Below, piece after piece: positions 38,801-51,120 of a DNA stretch of 64,000 bases. Both the position numbers and the translations under genes were made by a program. Origin of the DNA: Eledone cirrhosa (lineage: Eukaryota); NCBI GenBank assembly GCA_964016885.1, contig OZ024740.1, forward strand, positions 422,902,001-422,966,000, read 5' to 3'. How positions within the stretch are numbered: position 1 is the first letter of the stretch; each line of letters starts with the position of its first letter. The notes beneath the pieces are model-generated. The model was not told the origin of the DNA. It saw only the letters and a list, made by a program, of their open reading frames with translations, and ran no database searches.

Positions 38801-41800
38801 AGAGAGTGGTTGACAGGTCTAGATGTAAGGAGAGCTAGACCTTAGGACAGAGAAGAGGTGTTGATGGAGAAGGTCAGAAGTTGGGAGAGAGTGGTTGACA
38901 GGTTTGGATGTAAGGACAGCTGGACCTTAGGACAGAAAGGAGGTGTTGTTAGAGAAGGTCAGAAGTGTGGAGAGAGTGGTTGACAGGTCTGGATGTAAGG
39001 AGAGCTAGACCTTAGGAAAGAGAGGAGGTGTTGATAGAGAAGGTCAGAAGTGTGGAAAGAGTGGTTGACAGGTCTGGATGTAAGGAGAGCTGGACCTTAG
39101 GAAAGAGAGGAGGTGTTGATAGAGAAGGTCAGAAGTGTGGAGAGAGTGGTTGACAGGTCTGGATGTAAGGAGAGCTAGACCTTAGGACAGAGAGGAGGTG
39201 TTGATAGAGAAGGTCAGAAGTGTGGAGAGAGTGGTTGACAGGTCTGGATGTAAGGAGAGCTAGACCTTAGGAAAGAGAGGAGGTGTTGATGGAGAAGGTC
39301 AGAAGTGTGGAGAGAGTGGTTGACAGGTCTGGATGTAAGGAGAGCTAGACCTTAGGAAAGAGAGGAGGTGTTGATGGAGAAGGTCAGAAGTGTGGAGAGA
39401 GTGGCTGACAGGTCTGGATGTAAGGAGAGCTAGACCTTAGGACAGAGAGGAGGTGTTGATGGAGAATGTAAGAAGTGTGGAGAGAGTGGTTGACAGGTCT
39501 GGATGTAAGGAGAGCTAGACCTTAGGACAGAAAAGAGGTGTTGATGGAGAAGGTCAGAAGTTGGGAGAGAGTGGTTGACAGGTTTGGATGTAAGGAGAGC
39601 TGGACCTTAGGACAGAGAGGAGGTGTTGATAGAGAAGATCAGAAGTGTGGAGAGAGTGGTTGACAGGTCTTGATGTAAGGAGAGCTAGACCTTAGGACAG
39701 AGAAGAGGTGTTGATGGAGAAGGTCTGATTTTTGGAGAGAGTGGTTGACAGGTCTGGATGTAAGGAGAGCTGGACCTTAGGACAAAGAAGAGGTGTTGAT
39801 GGAGAAGGTCAGAAGTGTGGAGAGAGTGGTTGACAGGTCTGGATGTAAGGAGAGCTGGACCTTAGGACAGAGAGGAAGTGTTGATAGAGAAGGTCAGAAG
39901 TGTGTAGAGAGTGGTTGACAGGTCTGGATGTAAGGAGAGCTGGATCTTAGGATAGAGAGGAGGTGTTGATTGAGAAGATCTGATTTTTGGAGAGAGTGGT
40001 TGACAGGTCTGGATGTAAGTAGAGCTGGACCTTAGGAGAGAGAGGAAGTGTTGATAGAGAGGGTCAGAAGTGTGGAGAGAGTGGTAGAGAGGTCTGGATG
40101 TAAGGAGATCTAGACCTCAGGACAGAGAGGAGGTGTTGATAGAGAAGGTCAGATGTGTGGAGAGAGTGGTTGACAGGTCTGGATGTAAGGATAGCTAGAC
40201 CTTAGGACAGAAGGGAGGTGTTGATAGAGAAGGTCAGAAGTGTGGAGAGAGTGGTTGACAGTTCTGGATGTAAGGAGAGCTGGACCTTAGGAGAGAGAGG
40301 AGGTGTTGATCGGGAAGGTAAGATGTGTGGAGAGAGTGGTTGACAGGTCTGGATGTAAGGACAGCTAGACCTTAGGACAGAGAAGAGCTGTTGATGGAGA
40401 AGGTCAGAAGTGTGGAGAGAGTGGTTGACAGGTCTGGATGTAAGGACAGCTGGACCTTAGGACAGAGAGGAGGTGTTGATAGAGAAGGTCAGAAGTGTGG
40501 AGAGAGTGGTTGACAGGTCTGGATGTAAGGAGAGCTAGACCTTAGGAAAGAGAGGAGGTGTTGATAGAGAAGGTCAGAAGTGTGGAGAGAGTGGTTGACA
40601 GGTCTGGATGTAAGGAGAGCTAGACCTTAGCACTGAGAGGAGATGTTGATAGAGAAGGTCAGAAGTGTGGAGAGAGTGGTTGACAGGTCTGGATGTAAGG
40701 AGAGCTAGACCTTAGGACAGAGAGGAGGTGTTGATGGAGAATGTAAGAAGTGTGGAGAGAGTGGTTGACAGGTCTGGATGTAAGGAGAGCTAGACCTTAG
40801 GACAGAGAGGAGGTGTTGATAGAGAAGGTAAGAAGTGTGGAGAGAGTGGTTGACAGGTCTGGATGTAAGGAGAGCTAGACCTTAGGAAAGAGAGGAGGTG
40901 TTGATAGAGAAGGTCAGACGTGTGGAGAGAGTGGTTGACAGGTCTGGATGTAAGGAGAGCTAGACCTTAGGACAGAGAGGAGGTGTTGATAGAGTAGGTC
41001 AGAAGTGTGGAGAGAGTGGTAGAGAGGTCTGGATGTAAGGAGAGCTAGACCTTAGGACAGAGAGGAGGTGTTGATAGAGAAGGTCAGAAGTGTGGAGAGA
41101 GTGGTAGAGAGGTCTGGATGTAAGGAGAGCTGGACCTTAGGACATAGAGGAGGTGTTGATAGAGAAGGTCAGAAGTGTGGAGAGAGTGGTTGACAGGTCT
41201 GGATGTAAGGAGAGCTAGACCTTAGGACAGAGAAGAGGTGTTGATGGAGAAGGTCAGAAGTTGGGAGAGAGTGGTTGACAGGTTTGGATGTAAGGACAGC
41301 TGGACCTTAGGACAGAGAGGAGGTGTTGTTAGAGAAGGTCAGAAGTGTGGAGAGAGTGGTTGACAGGTCTGGATGTAAGGAGAGCTAGACCTTAGGAAAG
41401 AGAGGAGGTGTTGATAGAGAAGGTCAGAAGTGTGGAAAGAGTGGTTGACAGGTCTGGATGTAAGGAGAGCTGGACCTTAGGAAAGAGAGGAGGTGTTGAT
41501 AGAGAAGGTCAGAAGTGTGGAGAGAGTGGTTGACAGGTCTGGATGTAAGGAGAGCTAGACCTTAGGACAGAGAGGAGGTGTTGATAGAGAAGGTCAGAAG
41601 TGTGGAGAGAGTGGTTGACAGGTCTGGATGTAAGGAGAGCTAGACCTTAGGACAGAGAGGAGGTGTTGATAGAGAAGGTCAGAAGTGTGGAAAGAGTGGT
41701 TGACAAGTCTTGATGTAAGGAGAGCTGGACCTTAGGAAAGAGAGGAGGTGTTGTTAGAGAAGGTCAGAAGTGTGGAGAGAGTGGTTGACAGGTCTGGATG

Positions 41801-44800
41801 TAAGGAGAGCTAGACCTTAGGACAGAGAGGAGGTGTTGATAGAGAAGGTCAGAAGTGTGGAGAGAGTGGTTGAAAGGTCTGGATGTAAGGAGAGCTAGAC
41901 CTTAGGACAGAGAGGAGGTGTTGATAGAGAAGGTCAGATGTGTGGAGAGAGTGGTTGGCAGGTCTGGATGTAAGGAGAGCTAGACCTTAGGAAAGAGAGG
42001 AGGTGTTGATAGAGAAGGTCAGAAGTGTGGAGAGAGTGGTTGGCAGGTCTGGATGTAAGGAGAGCTGGAACTTAGGACAGAGAGGAGGTGTTGATAGAGA
42101 AGGTCAGAAGTGTTTAGAGAGTGGTAGAGAGGTCTGGATGTAAGGAGAGCTAGACCTTAGGACAGAGAGGAGGTGTTGATAGAGAAGGTCAAAAGTGTGG
42201 AGAGAGTGGATGACAGGTTTGGATGTAAGGAGAGCTGGACATTAGGCCAGAGAGGAGGTGTTGATTGAGTAGGTCAGAAGTGTGGTGAGAGTGGTAGAGA
42301 GGTCTGGATGTAAGGAGAGCTGGACCTTAGGACTGAGAGGAGATGTTGATAGAGAAGGTCAGAAGTGTGGAGAGAGTGGTTGACAGGTCTGGATGTAAGG
42401 AGAGCTAGACCTTAGGACAGAGAGGAGGTGTTGATGGAGAAGGTCAGAAGTGTGGAGAGAGTGGTTGACAGGTCTGGTTGTAAGGAGAGCTGGACCTTAG
42501 GAAAGAGAGGAGGTGTTGATAGAGAAGGTCAGAAGTGTGGAGAGAGTGGTTGACAGGTCTGGATGTAAGGAGAGCTAGACCTTAGGACAGAGAGGAGGTG
42601 TTGATAGAGAAGGTCAGAAGTGTGGAGAGAGTGGTTGGCAGGTCTGGATGTAAGGAGAGCTAGACCTTAGGAAAGAGAGGAGGTGTTGATAGAGAAGGTC
42701 AGAAGTGTTGAGAGAGTGGTTGGCAGGTCTGGATGTAAGTAGAGCTGGACCTTAGGACAGAGAGGAGGTGTTGATAGAGAAGGTCAGATGTGTGGAGAGA
42801 GTGGTTGACAGGTCTGGATGTAAGGAGAGCTAGACCTTAGGACTGAGAGGAGATGATGATAGAGAAGGTCAGAAGTGTGGAGAGAGTGGTTGACAGGTCT
42901 GGATGTAAGGAGAGCTAGACCTTAGGACAGAGAGGAGGTGTTGATGGAGAAGGTCAGAAGTGTGGAGAGAGTGGTTGACAGGTCTGGATGTAAAGAGAGC
43001 TAGACCTTAGGAAAGAGAGGAGGTGTTGATAGAGAAGGTCAGAAGTGTGGAAAGAGTGGTTGACAGGTCTGGATATAAAGAGAGCTAGACCTTAGGACAG
43101 AGAGGAGGTGTTGATGGAGAATGTAAGAAGTGTGGAGAGAGTGGTTGACAGGTCTGGATGTAAGGAGAGCTAGACCTTAGGACAGAGAGGAGGTGTTGAT
43201 AGAGAAGGTAAGAAGTGTGGAGAGAGTGGTTGACAGGTCTGGATGTAAGGAGAGCTAGACCTTAGGAAAGAGAGGAGGTGTTGATAGAGAAGGTCAGACG
43301 TGTGGAGAGAGTGGTTGACAGGTCTGGATGTAAGGAGAGCTAGACCTTAGGACAGAGAGGAGGTGTTGATAGAGTAGGTCAGAAGTGTGGAGAGAGTGGT
43401 AGAGAGGTCTGGATGTAAGGACAGCTAGACCTTAGGACAGAGAGGGGGTGTTGATAGAGAAGGTCAGAAGTGTGGAGAGAGTGGTAGAGAGGTCTGGATG
43501 TAAGGAGAGCTGGACCTTAGGACATAGAGGAGGTGTTGATAGAGAAGGTCAGAAGTGTGGAGAGAGTGGTTGACAGGTCTAGATGTAAGGAGAGCTAGAC
43601 CTTAGGACAGAGAAGAGGTGTTGATGGAGAAGGTCAGAAGTTGGGAGAGAGTGGTTGACAGGTTTGGATGTAAGGACAGCTGGACCTTAGGACAGAGAGG
43701 AGGTGTTGTTAGAGAAGGTCAGAAGTGTGGAAAGAGTGGTTGACAGGTCTGGATGTAAGGAGAGCTGGACCTTAGGAAAGAGAGGAGGTGTTGATAGAGA
43801 AGGTCAGAAGTGTGGAGAGAGTGGTTGACAGGTCTGGATGTAAGGAGAGCTAGACCTTAGGACAGAGAGGAGGTGTTGATAGAGAAGGTCAGAAGTGTGG
43901 AGAGAGTGGTTGACAGGTCTGGATGTAAGGAGAGCTAGACCTTAGGAAAGAGAGGAGGTGTTGATGGAGAAGGTCAGAAGTGTGGAGAGAGTGGTTGACA
44001 GGTCTGGATGTAAGGAGAGCTAGACCTTAGGAAAGAGAGGAGGTGTTGATGGAGAAGGTCAGAAGTGTGGAGAGAGTGGTTGACAGGTCTGGATGTAAGG
44101 AGAGCTAGACCTTAGGACAGAGAGGAGGTGTTGATGGAGAATGTAAGAAGTGTGGAGAGAGTGGTTGACAGGTCTGGATGTAAGGAGAGCTAGACCTTAG
44201 GACAGAAAAGAGGTGTTGATGGAGAAGGTCAGAAGTTGGGAGAGAGTGGTTGACAGGTTTGGATGTAAGGAGAGCTGGACCTTAGGACAGAGAGGAGGTG
44301 TTGATAGAGAAGATCAGAAGTGTGGAGAGAGTGGTTGACAGGTCTTGATGTAAGGAGAGCTAGACCTTAGGACAGAGAAGAGGTGTTGATGGAGAAGGTC
44401 TGATTTTTGGAGAGAGTGGTTGACAGGTCTGGATGTAAGGAGAGCTGGACCTTAGGACAAAGAAGAGGTGTTGATGGAGAAGGTCAGAAGTGTGGAGAGA
44501 GTGGTTGACAGGTCTGGATGTAAGGAGAGCTGGACCTTAGGACAGAGAGGAAGTGTTGATAGAGAAGGTCAGAAGTGTGTAGAGAGTGGTTGACAGGTCT
44601 GGATGTAAGGAGAGCTGGATCTTAGGATAGAGAGGAGGTGTTGATTGAGAAGATCTGATTTTTGGAGAGAGTGGTTGACAGGTCTGGATGTAAGTAGAGC
44701 TGGACCTTAGGAGAGAGAGGAAGTGTTGATAGAGAGGGTCAGAATTGTGGAGAGAGTGGTAGAGAGGTCTGGATGTAAGGAGATCTAGACCTCAGGACAG

Positions 44801-47670
44801 AGAGGAGGTGTTGATAGAGAAGGTCAGATGTGTGGAGAGAGTGGTTGACAGGTCTGGATGTAAGGATAGCTAGACCTTAGGACAGAAGGGAGGTGTTGAT
44901 AGAGAAGGTCAGAAGTGTGGAGAGAGTGGTTGACAGTTCTGGATGTAAGGAGAGCTGGACCTTAGGAGAGAGAGGAGGTGTTGATCGGGAAGGTAAGATG
45001 TGTGGAGAGAGTGGTTGACAGGTCTGGATGTAAGGACAGCTAGACCTTAGGACAGAGAAGAGCTGTTGATGGAGAAGGTCAGAAGTGTGGAGAGAGTGGT
45101 TGACAGGTCTGGATGTAAGGACAGCTGGACCTTAGGACAGAGAGGAGGTGTTGATAGAGAAGGTCAGAAGTGTGGAGAGAGTGGTTGACAGGTCTGGATG
45201 TAAGGAGAGCTAGACCTTAGGAAAGAGAGGAGGTGTTGATAGAGAAGGTCAGAAGTGTGGAGAGAGTGGTTGACAGGTCTGGATGTAAGGAGAGCTAGAC
45301 CTTAGCACTGAGAGGAGATGTTGATAGAGAAGGTCAGAAGTGTGGAGAGAGTGGTTGACAGGTCTGGATGTAAGGAGAGCTAGACCTTAGGACAGAGAGG
45401 AGGTGTTGATGGAGAATGTAAGAAGTGTGGAGAGAGTGGTTGACAGGTCTGGATGTAAGGAGAGCTAGACCTTAGGACAGAGAGGAGGTGTTGATAGAGA
45501 AGGTAAGAAGTGTGGAGAGAGTGGTTGACAGGTCTGGATGTAAGGAGAGCTAGACCTTAGGAAAGAGAGGAGGTGTTGATTGAGAAGGTCAGACGTGTGG
45601 AGAGAGTGGTTGACAGGTCTGGATGTAAGGAGAGCTAGACCTTAGGACAGAGAGGAGGTGTTGATAGAGTAGGTCAGAAGTGTGGAGAGAGTGGTAGAGA
45701 GGTCTGGATGTAAGGAGAGCTAGACCTTAGGACAGAGAGGAGGTGTTGATAGAGAAGGTCAGAAGTGTGGAGAGAGTGGTAGAGAGGTCTGGATGTAAGG
45801 AGAGCTGGACCTTAGGACATAGAGGAGGTGTTGATAGAGAAGGTCAGAAGTGTGGAGAGAGTGGTTGACAGGTCTGGATGTAAGGAGAGCTAGACCTTAG
45901 GACAGAGAAGAGGTGTTGATGGAGAAGGTCAGAAGTTGGGAGAGAGTGGTTGACAGGTTTGGATGTAAGGACAGCTGGACCTTAGGACAGAGAGGAGGTG
46001 TTGTTAGAGAAGGTCAGAAGTGTGGAGAGAGTGGTTGACAGGTCTGGATGTAAGGAGAGCTAGACCTTAGGAAAGAGAGGAGGTGTTGATAGAGAAGGTC
46101 AGAAGTGTGGAAAGAGTGGTTGACAGGTCTGGATGTAAGGAGAGCTGGACCTTAGGAAAGAGAGGAGGTGTTGATAGAGAAGGTCAGAAGTGTGGAGAGA
46201 GTGGTTGACAGGTCTGGATGTAAGGAGAGCTAGACCTTAGGACAGAGAGGAGGTGTTGATAGAGAAGGTCAGAAGTGTGGAGAGAGTGGTTGACAGGTCT
46301 GGATGTAAGGAGAGCTAGACCTTAGGACAGAGAGGAGGTGTTGATAGAGAAGGTCAGAAGTGTGGAAAGAGTGGTTGACAAGTCTTGATGTAAGGAGAGC
46401 TGGACCTTAGGAAAGAGAGGAGGTGTTGTTAGAGAAGGTCAGAAGTGTGGAGAGAGTGGTTGACAGGTCTGGATGTAAGGAGAGCTAGACCTTAGGACAG
46501 AGAGGAGGTGTTGATAGAGAAGGTCAGAAGTGTGGAGAGAGTGGTTGAAAGGTCTGGATGTAAGGAGAGCTAGACCTTAGGACAGAGAGGAGGTGTTGAT
46601 AGAGAAGGTCAGATGTGTGGAGAGAGTGGTTGGCAGGTCTGGATGTAAGGAGAGCTAGACCTTAGGAAAGAGAGGAGGTGTTGATAGAGAAGGTCAGAAG
46701 TGTGGAGAGAGTGGTTGGCAGGTCTGGATGTAAGGAGAGCTGGAACTTAGGACAGAGAGGAGGTGTTGATAGAGAAGGTCAGAAGTGTTTAGAGAGTGGT
46801 AGAGAGGTCTGGATGTAAGGAGAGCTAGACCTTAGGACAGAGAGGAGGTGTTGATAGAGAAGGTCAAAAGTGTGGAGAGAGTGGATGACAGGTTTGGATG
46901 TAAGGAGAGCTGGACATTAGGCCAGAGAGGAGGTGTTGATTGAGTAGGTCAGAAGTGTGGTGAGAGTGGTAGAGAGGTCTGGATGTAAGGAGAGCTGGAC
47001 CTTAGGACTGAGAGGAGATGTTGATAGAGAAGGTCAGAAGTGTGGAGAGAGTGGTTGACAGGTCTGGATGTAAGGAGAGCTAGACCTTAGGACAGAGAGG
47101 AGGTGTTGATGGAGAAGGTCAGAAGTGTGGAGAGAGTGGTTGACAGGTCTGGTTGTAAGGAGAGCTGGACCTTAGGAAAGAGAGGAGGTGTTGATAGAGA
47201 AGGTCAGAAGTGTGGAGAGAGTGGTTGACAGGTCTGGATGTAAGGAGAGCTAGACCTTAGGACAGAGAGGAGGTGTTGATAGAGAAGGTCAGAAGTGTGG
47301 AGAGAGTGGTTGGCAGGTCTGGATGTAAGGAGAGCTAGACCTTAGGAAAGAGAGGAGGTGTTGATAGAGAAGGTCAGAAGTGTTGAGAGAGTGGTTGGCA
47401 GGTCTGGATGTAAGTAGAGCTGGACCTTAGGACAGAGAGGAGGTGTTGATAGAGAAGGTCAGATGTGTGGAGAGAGTGGTTGACAGGTCTGGATGTAAGG
47501 AGAGCTAGACCTTAGGACTGAGAGGAGATGATGATAGAGAAGGTCAGAAGTGTGGAGAGAGTGGTTGACAGGTCTGGATGTAAGGAGAGCTAGACCTTAG
47601 GACAGAGAGGAGGTGTTGATGGAGAAGGTCAGAAGTGTGGAGAGAGTGGTTGACAGGTCTGGATGTAAGG
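38310..47670 (+). repeat. Near-perfect tandem duplication of ~4.7 kb (offset 4760 bp = 56 monomers, then 4675 bp = 55 monomers after loss of one monomer near 43730)
   Basis: Offset 4760: TAAAG 38316/43076, AGAGGGGG 38681/43441, TCTAGATG ~38818/~43578. Offset 4675: AAAAG 39531/44206, CTTAGCACTG 40626/45301, TGTTT 42111/46786, ATTAGGCC 42241/46916, GGTTGTAAG 42476/47151, AGATGATG 42851/47526. Confidence 0.93.
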
Positions 47671-47699
47671 AGAGCTAGACCTTAGGACTGAGAGGAGAT

Positions 47700-50600
47700 G
47701 ATGATAGAGAAGGTCAGAAGTGTGGAGAGAGTGGTTGACAGGTCTGGATGTAAGGAGAGCTAGACCTTAGGACAGAAGGGAGGTGTTGATAGAGAAGGTC
47801 AGAAGAGTGGAGAGAGTGGTTGACAGTTCTGGATGTAAGGAGAGCTGGACCTTAGGAGAGAGAGGAGGTGTTGATCGGGAAGGTAAGATGTGTGGAGAGA
47901 GTGGTTGACAGGTCTGGATGTAAGGAGAGCTAGACCTTAGGACTGAGAGGAGATGTTGATAGAGAAGGTCAGAAGTGTGGAGAGAGTGGTTGACAGGTCT
48001 GGATGTAAGGAGAGCTAGACCTTAGGACAGAGAGGAGGTGTTGATGGAGAATGTAAGAAGTGTGGAGAGAGTGGTTGACAGGTCTGGATGTAAGGAGAGC
48101 TAGACCTTAGGACAGAGAAGAGGTGTTGATGGAGAAGGTCAGAAGTTGGGAGAGAGTGGTTGACAGGTTTGGATGTAAGGAGAGCTAGACCTTAGGACAG
48201 AGAGGAGGTGTTGATAGAGAAGGTCAGAAGTGTGGAGAGAGTGGTTGACAGGTCTGGATGTAAGGAGAGCTAGACCTTAGGACAGAGAAGAGGTGTTGAT
48301 GGAGAAGGTCAGAAGTTGGGAGAGAGTGGTTGACAGGTTTGGATGTAAGGAGAGCTGGACCTTAGGACAGAGAGGAGGTGTTGTTAGAGAAGGTCAGAAG
48401 TGTGGAGAGAGTGGTTGACAGGTCTGGATGTAAGGAGAGCTAGACCTTAGGAAAGAGAGGAGGTGTTGATAGAGAAGGTCAGAAGTGTGGAGAGAGTGGT
48501 TGACAGGTCTGGATGTAAGGAGAGCTAGACCTTAGGACAGAGAGGAGGTGTTGATGGAGAATGTAAGAAGTGTGGAGAGAGTGGTTGACAGGTCTAGATG
48601 TAAGGAGAGCTAGACCTTAGGAAAGAGAGGAGGTGTTGATAGAGAAGGTCAGAAGTGTGGAGAGAGTGGTTGACAGGTCTGGATGTAAGGAGAGCTAGAC
48701 CTTAGGACAGAGAGGAGGTGTTGATAGAGAAGGTCAGAAGTGTGGAGAGAGTGGTTGACAGGTCTGGATGTAAGGAGAGCTAGACCTTAGGACAGAGAGG
48801 TGTTGATGGAGAAGGTAAGAAGTGTGGAGAGAGTGGTTGACAGTTCTGGATGTAAGGAGAGGTGGACCTTAGGACAGAGAGGAGGTGTTGATTGAGAAGG
48901 TCAGAAGTGTGGAGAGAGTGGTTGACAGGTCTGGATGTAAGGAGAGCTAGACCTTAGGACAGAGAGGAGGTGTTGATAGAGAAGGTAAGAAGTGTGGAGA
49001 GAGAGTGGTTGACAGGTCTGGATGTAAGGAGAGCTGGACCTTCGGAAAGAGAGGAGGTGTTGATAGAGAAGGTCAGAAGTGTGGAGAGAGTGGTTGGCAG
49101 GTCTGGATGTAAGGAGAGCTAGACCTTAGGAAAGAGAGGAGGTGTTGATAGTGAAGGTCAGAAGTGTGGAGAGAGTGGTTGGCAGGTCTGGATGTAAGGA
49201 GAGCTGGAACTTAGGACAGAGAGGAGGTGTTGATAGAGAAGGTCAGAAGTGTTTAGAGAGTGGTAGAGAGGTCTGGATGTAAGGAGAGCTAGACCTTAGG
49301 ACAGAGAGGAGGTGTTGATAGAGAAGGTCAAAAGTGTGGAGAGAGTGGATGACAGGTTTGGATGTAAGGAGAGCTGGACATTAAGCCAGAGAGGAGGTGT
49401 TGATTGAGTAGGTCAGAAGTGTGGTGAGAGTGGTAGAGAGGTCTGGATGTAAGGAGAGCTGGACCTTAGGACTGAGAGGAGATGTTGATAGAGAAGGTCA
49501 GAAGTGTGGAGAGAGTGGTTGACAGGTCTGGATGTAAGGAGAGCTAGACCTTAGGACAGAGAGGAGGTGTTGATGGAGAAGGTCAGAAGTGTGGAGAGAG
49601 TGGTTGACAGGTCTGGTTGTAAGGAGAGCTGGACCTTAGGAAAGAGAGGAGGTGTTGATAGAGAAGGTCAGAAGTGTGGAGAGAGTGGTTGACAGGTCTG
49701 GATGTAAGGAGAGCTAGACCTTAGGACAGAAGGGAGGTGTTGATAGAGAAGGTCAGAAGAGTGGAGAGAGTGGTTGACAGTTCTGGATGTAAGGAGAGCT
49801 GGACCTTAGGAGAGAGAGGAGGTGTTGATCGGGAAGGTAAGATGTGTGGAGAGAGTAGTTGACAGGTCTGGATGTAAGGAGAGCTAGACCTTAGGACTGA
49901 GAGGAGATGTTGATAGAGAAGGTCAGAAGTGTGGAGAGAGTGGTTGACAGGTCTGGATGTAAGGAGAGCTAGACCTTAGGACAGAGAGGAGGTGTTGATG
50001 GAGAATGTAAGAAGTGTGGAGAGAGTGGTTGACAGGTCTGGATGTAAGGAGAGCTAGACCTTAGGACAGAGAAGAGGTGTTGATGGAGAAGGTCAGAAGT
50101 TGGGAGAGAGTGGTTGACAGGTTTGGATGTAAGGAGAGCTAGACCTTAGGACAGAGAGGAGGTGTTGATAGAGAAGGTCAGAAGTGTGGAGAGAGTGGTT
50201 GACAGGTCTGGATGTAAGGAGAGCTAGACCTTAGGACAGAGAAGAGGTGTTGATGGAGAAGGTCAGAAGTTGGGAGAGAGTGGTTGACAGGTTTGGATGT
50301 AAGGAGAGCTGGACCTTAGGACAGAGAGGAGGTGTTGTTAGAGAAGGTCAGAAGTGTGGAGAGAGTGGTTGACAGGTCTGGATGTAAGGAGAGCTAGACC
50401 TTAGGAAAGAGAGGAGGTGTTGATAGAGAAGGTCAGAAGTGTGGAGAGAGTGGTTGACAGGTCTGGATGTAAGGAGAGCTAGACCTTAGGACAGAGAGGA
50501 GGTGTTGATGGAGAATGTAAGAAGTGTGGAGAGAGTGGTTGACAGGTCTAGATGTAAGGAGAGCTAGACCTTAGGAAAGAGAGGAGGTGTTGATAGAGAA

Positions 50601-51120
50601 GGTCAGAAGTGTGGAGAGAGTGGTTGACAGGTCTGGATGTAAGGAGAGCTAGACCTTAGGACAGAGAGGAGGTGTTGATAGAGAAGGTCAGAAGTGTGGA
50701 GAGAGTGGTTGACAGGTCTGGATGTAAGGAGAGCTAGACCTTAGGACAGAGAGGTGTTGATGGAGAAGGTAAGAAGTGTGGAGAGAGTGGTTGACAGTTC
50801 TGGATGTAAGGAGAGGTGGACCTTAGGACAGAGAGGAGGTGTTGATAGAGGTCAGAAGTGTGGAGAGAGTGGTTGACAGGTCTGGATGTAAGGAGAGCTA
50901 GACCTTAGGACAGAGAGGAGGTGTTGATAGAGAAGGTAAGAAGTGTGGAGAGAGAGTGGTTGACAGGTCTGGATGTAAGGAGAGCTGGACCTTCGGAAAG
51001 AGAGGAGGTGTTGATAGAGAAGGTCAGAAGTGTGGAGAGAGTGGTTGGCAGGTCTGGATGTAAGGAGAGCTAGACCTTAGGAAAGAGAGGAGGTGTTGAT
51101 AGTGAAGGTCAGAAGTGTGG
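47700..51120 (+). repeat. Higher-order duplication, offset 1954 bp (23 monomers - 1 bp): ~47700-49170 / ~49655-51120
   Basis: AGAAGAGTGG 47801/49755; shared 3-bp deletion ~48800/~50752; shared +2 GA insertion ~49000/~50952; CCTTCGG ~49040/~50990. Confidence 0.88.
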
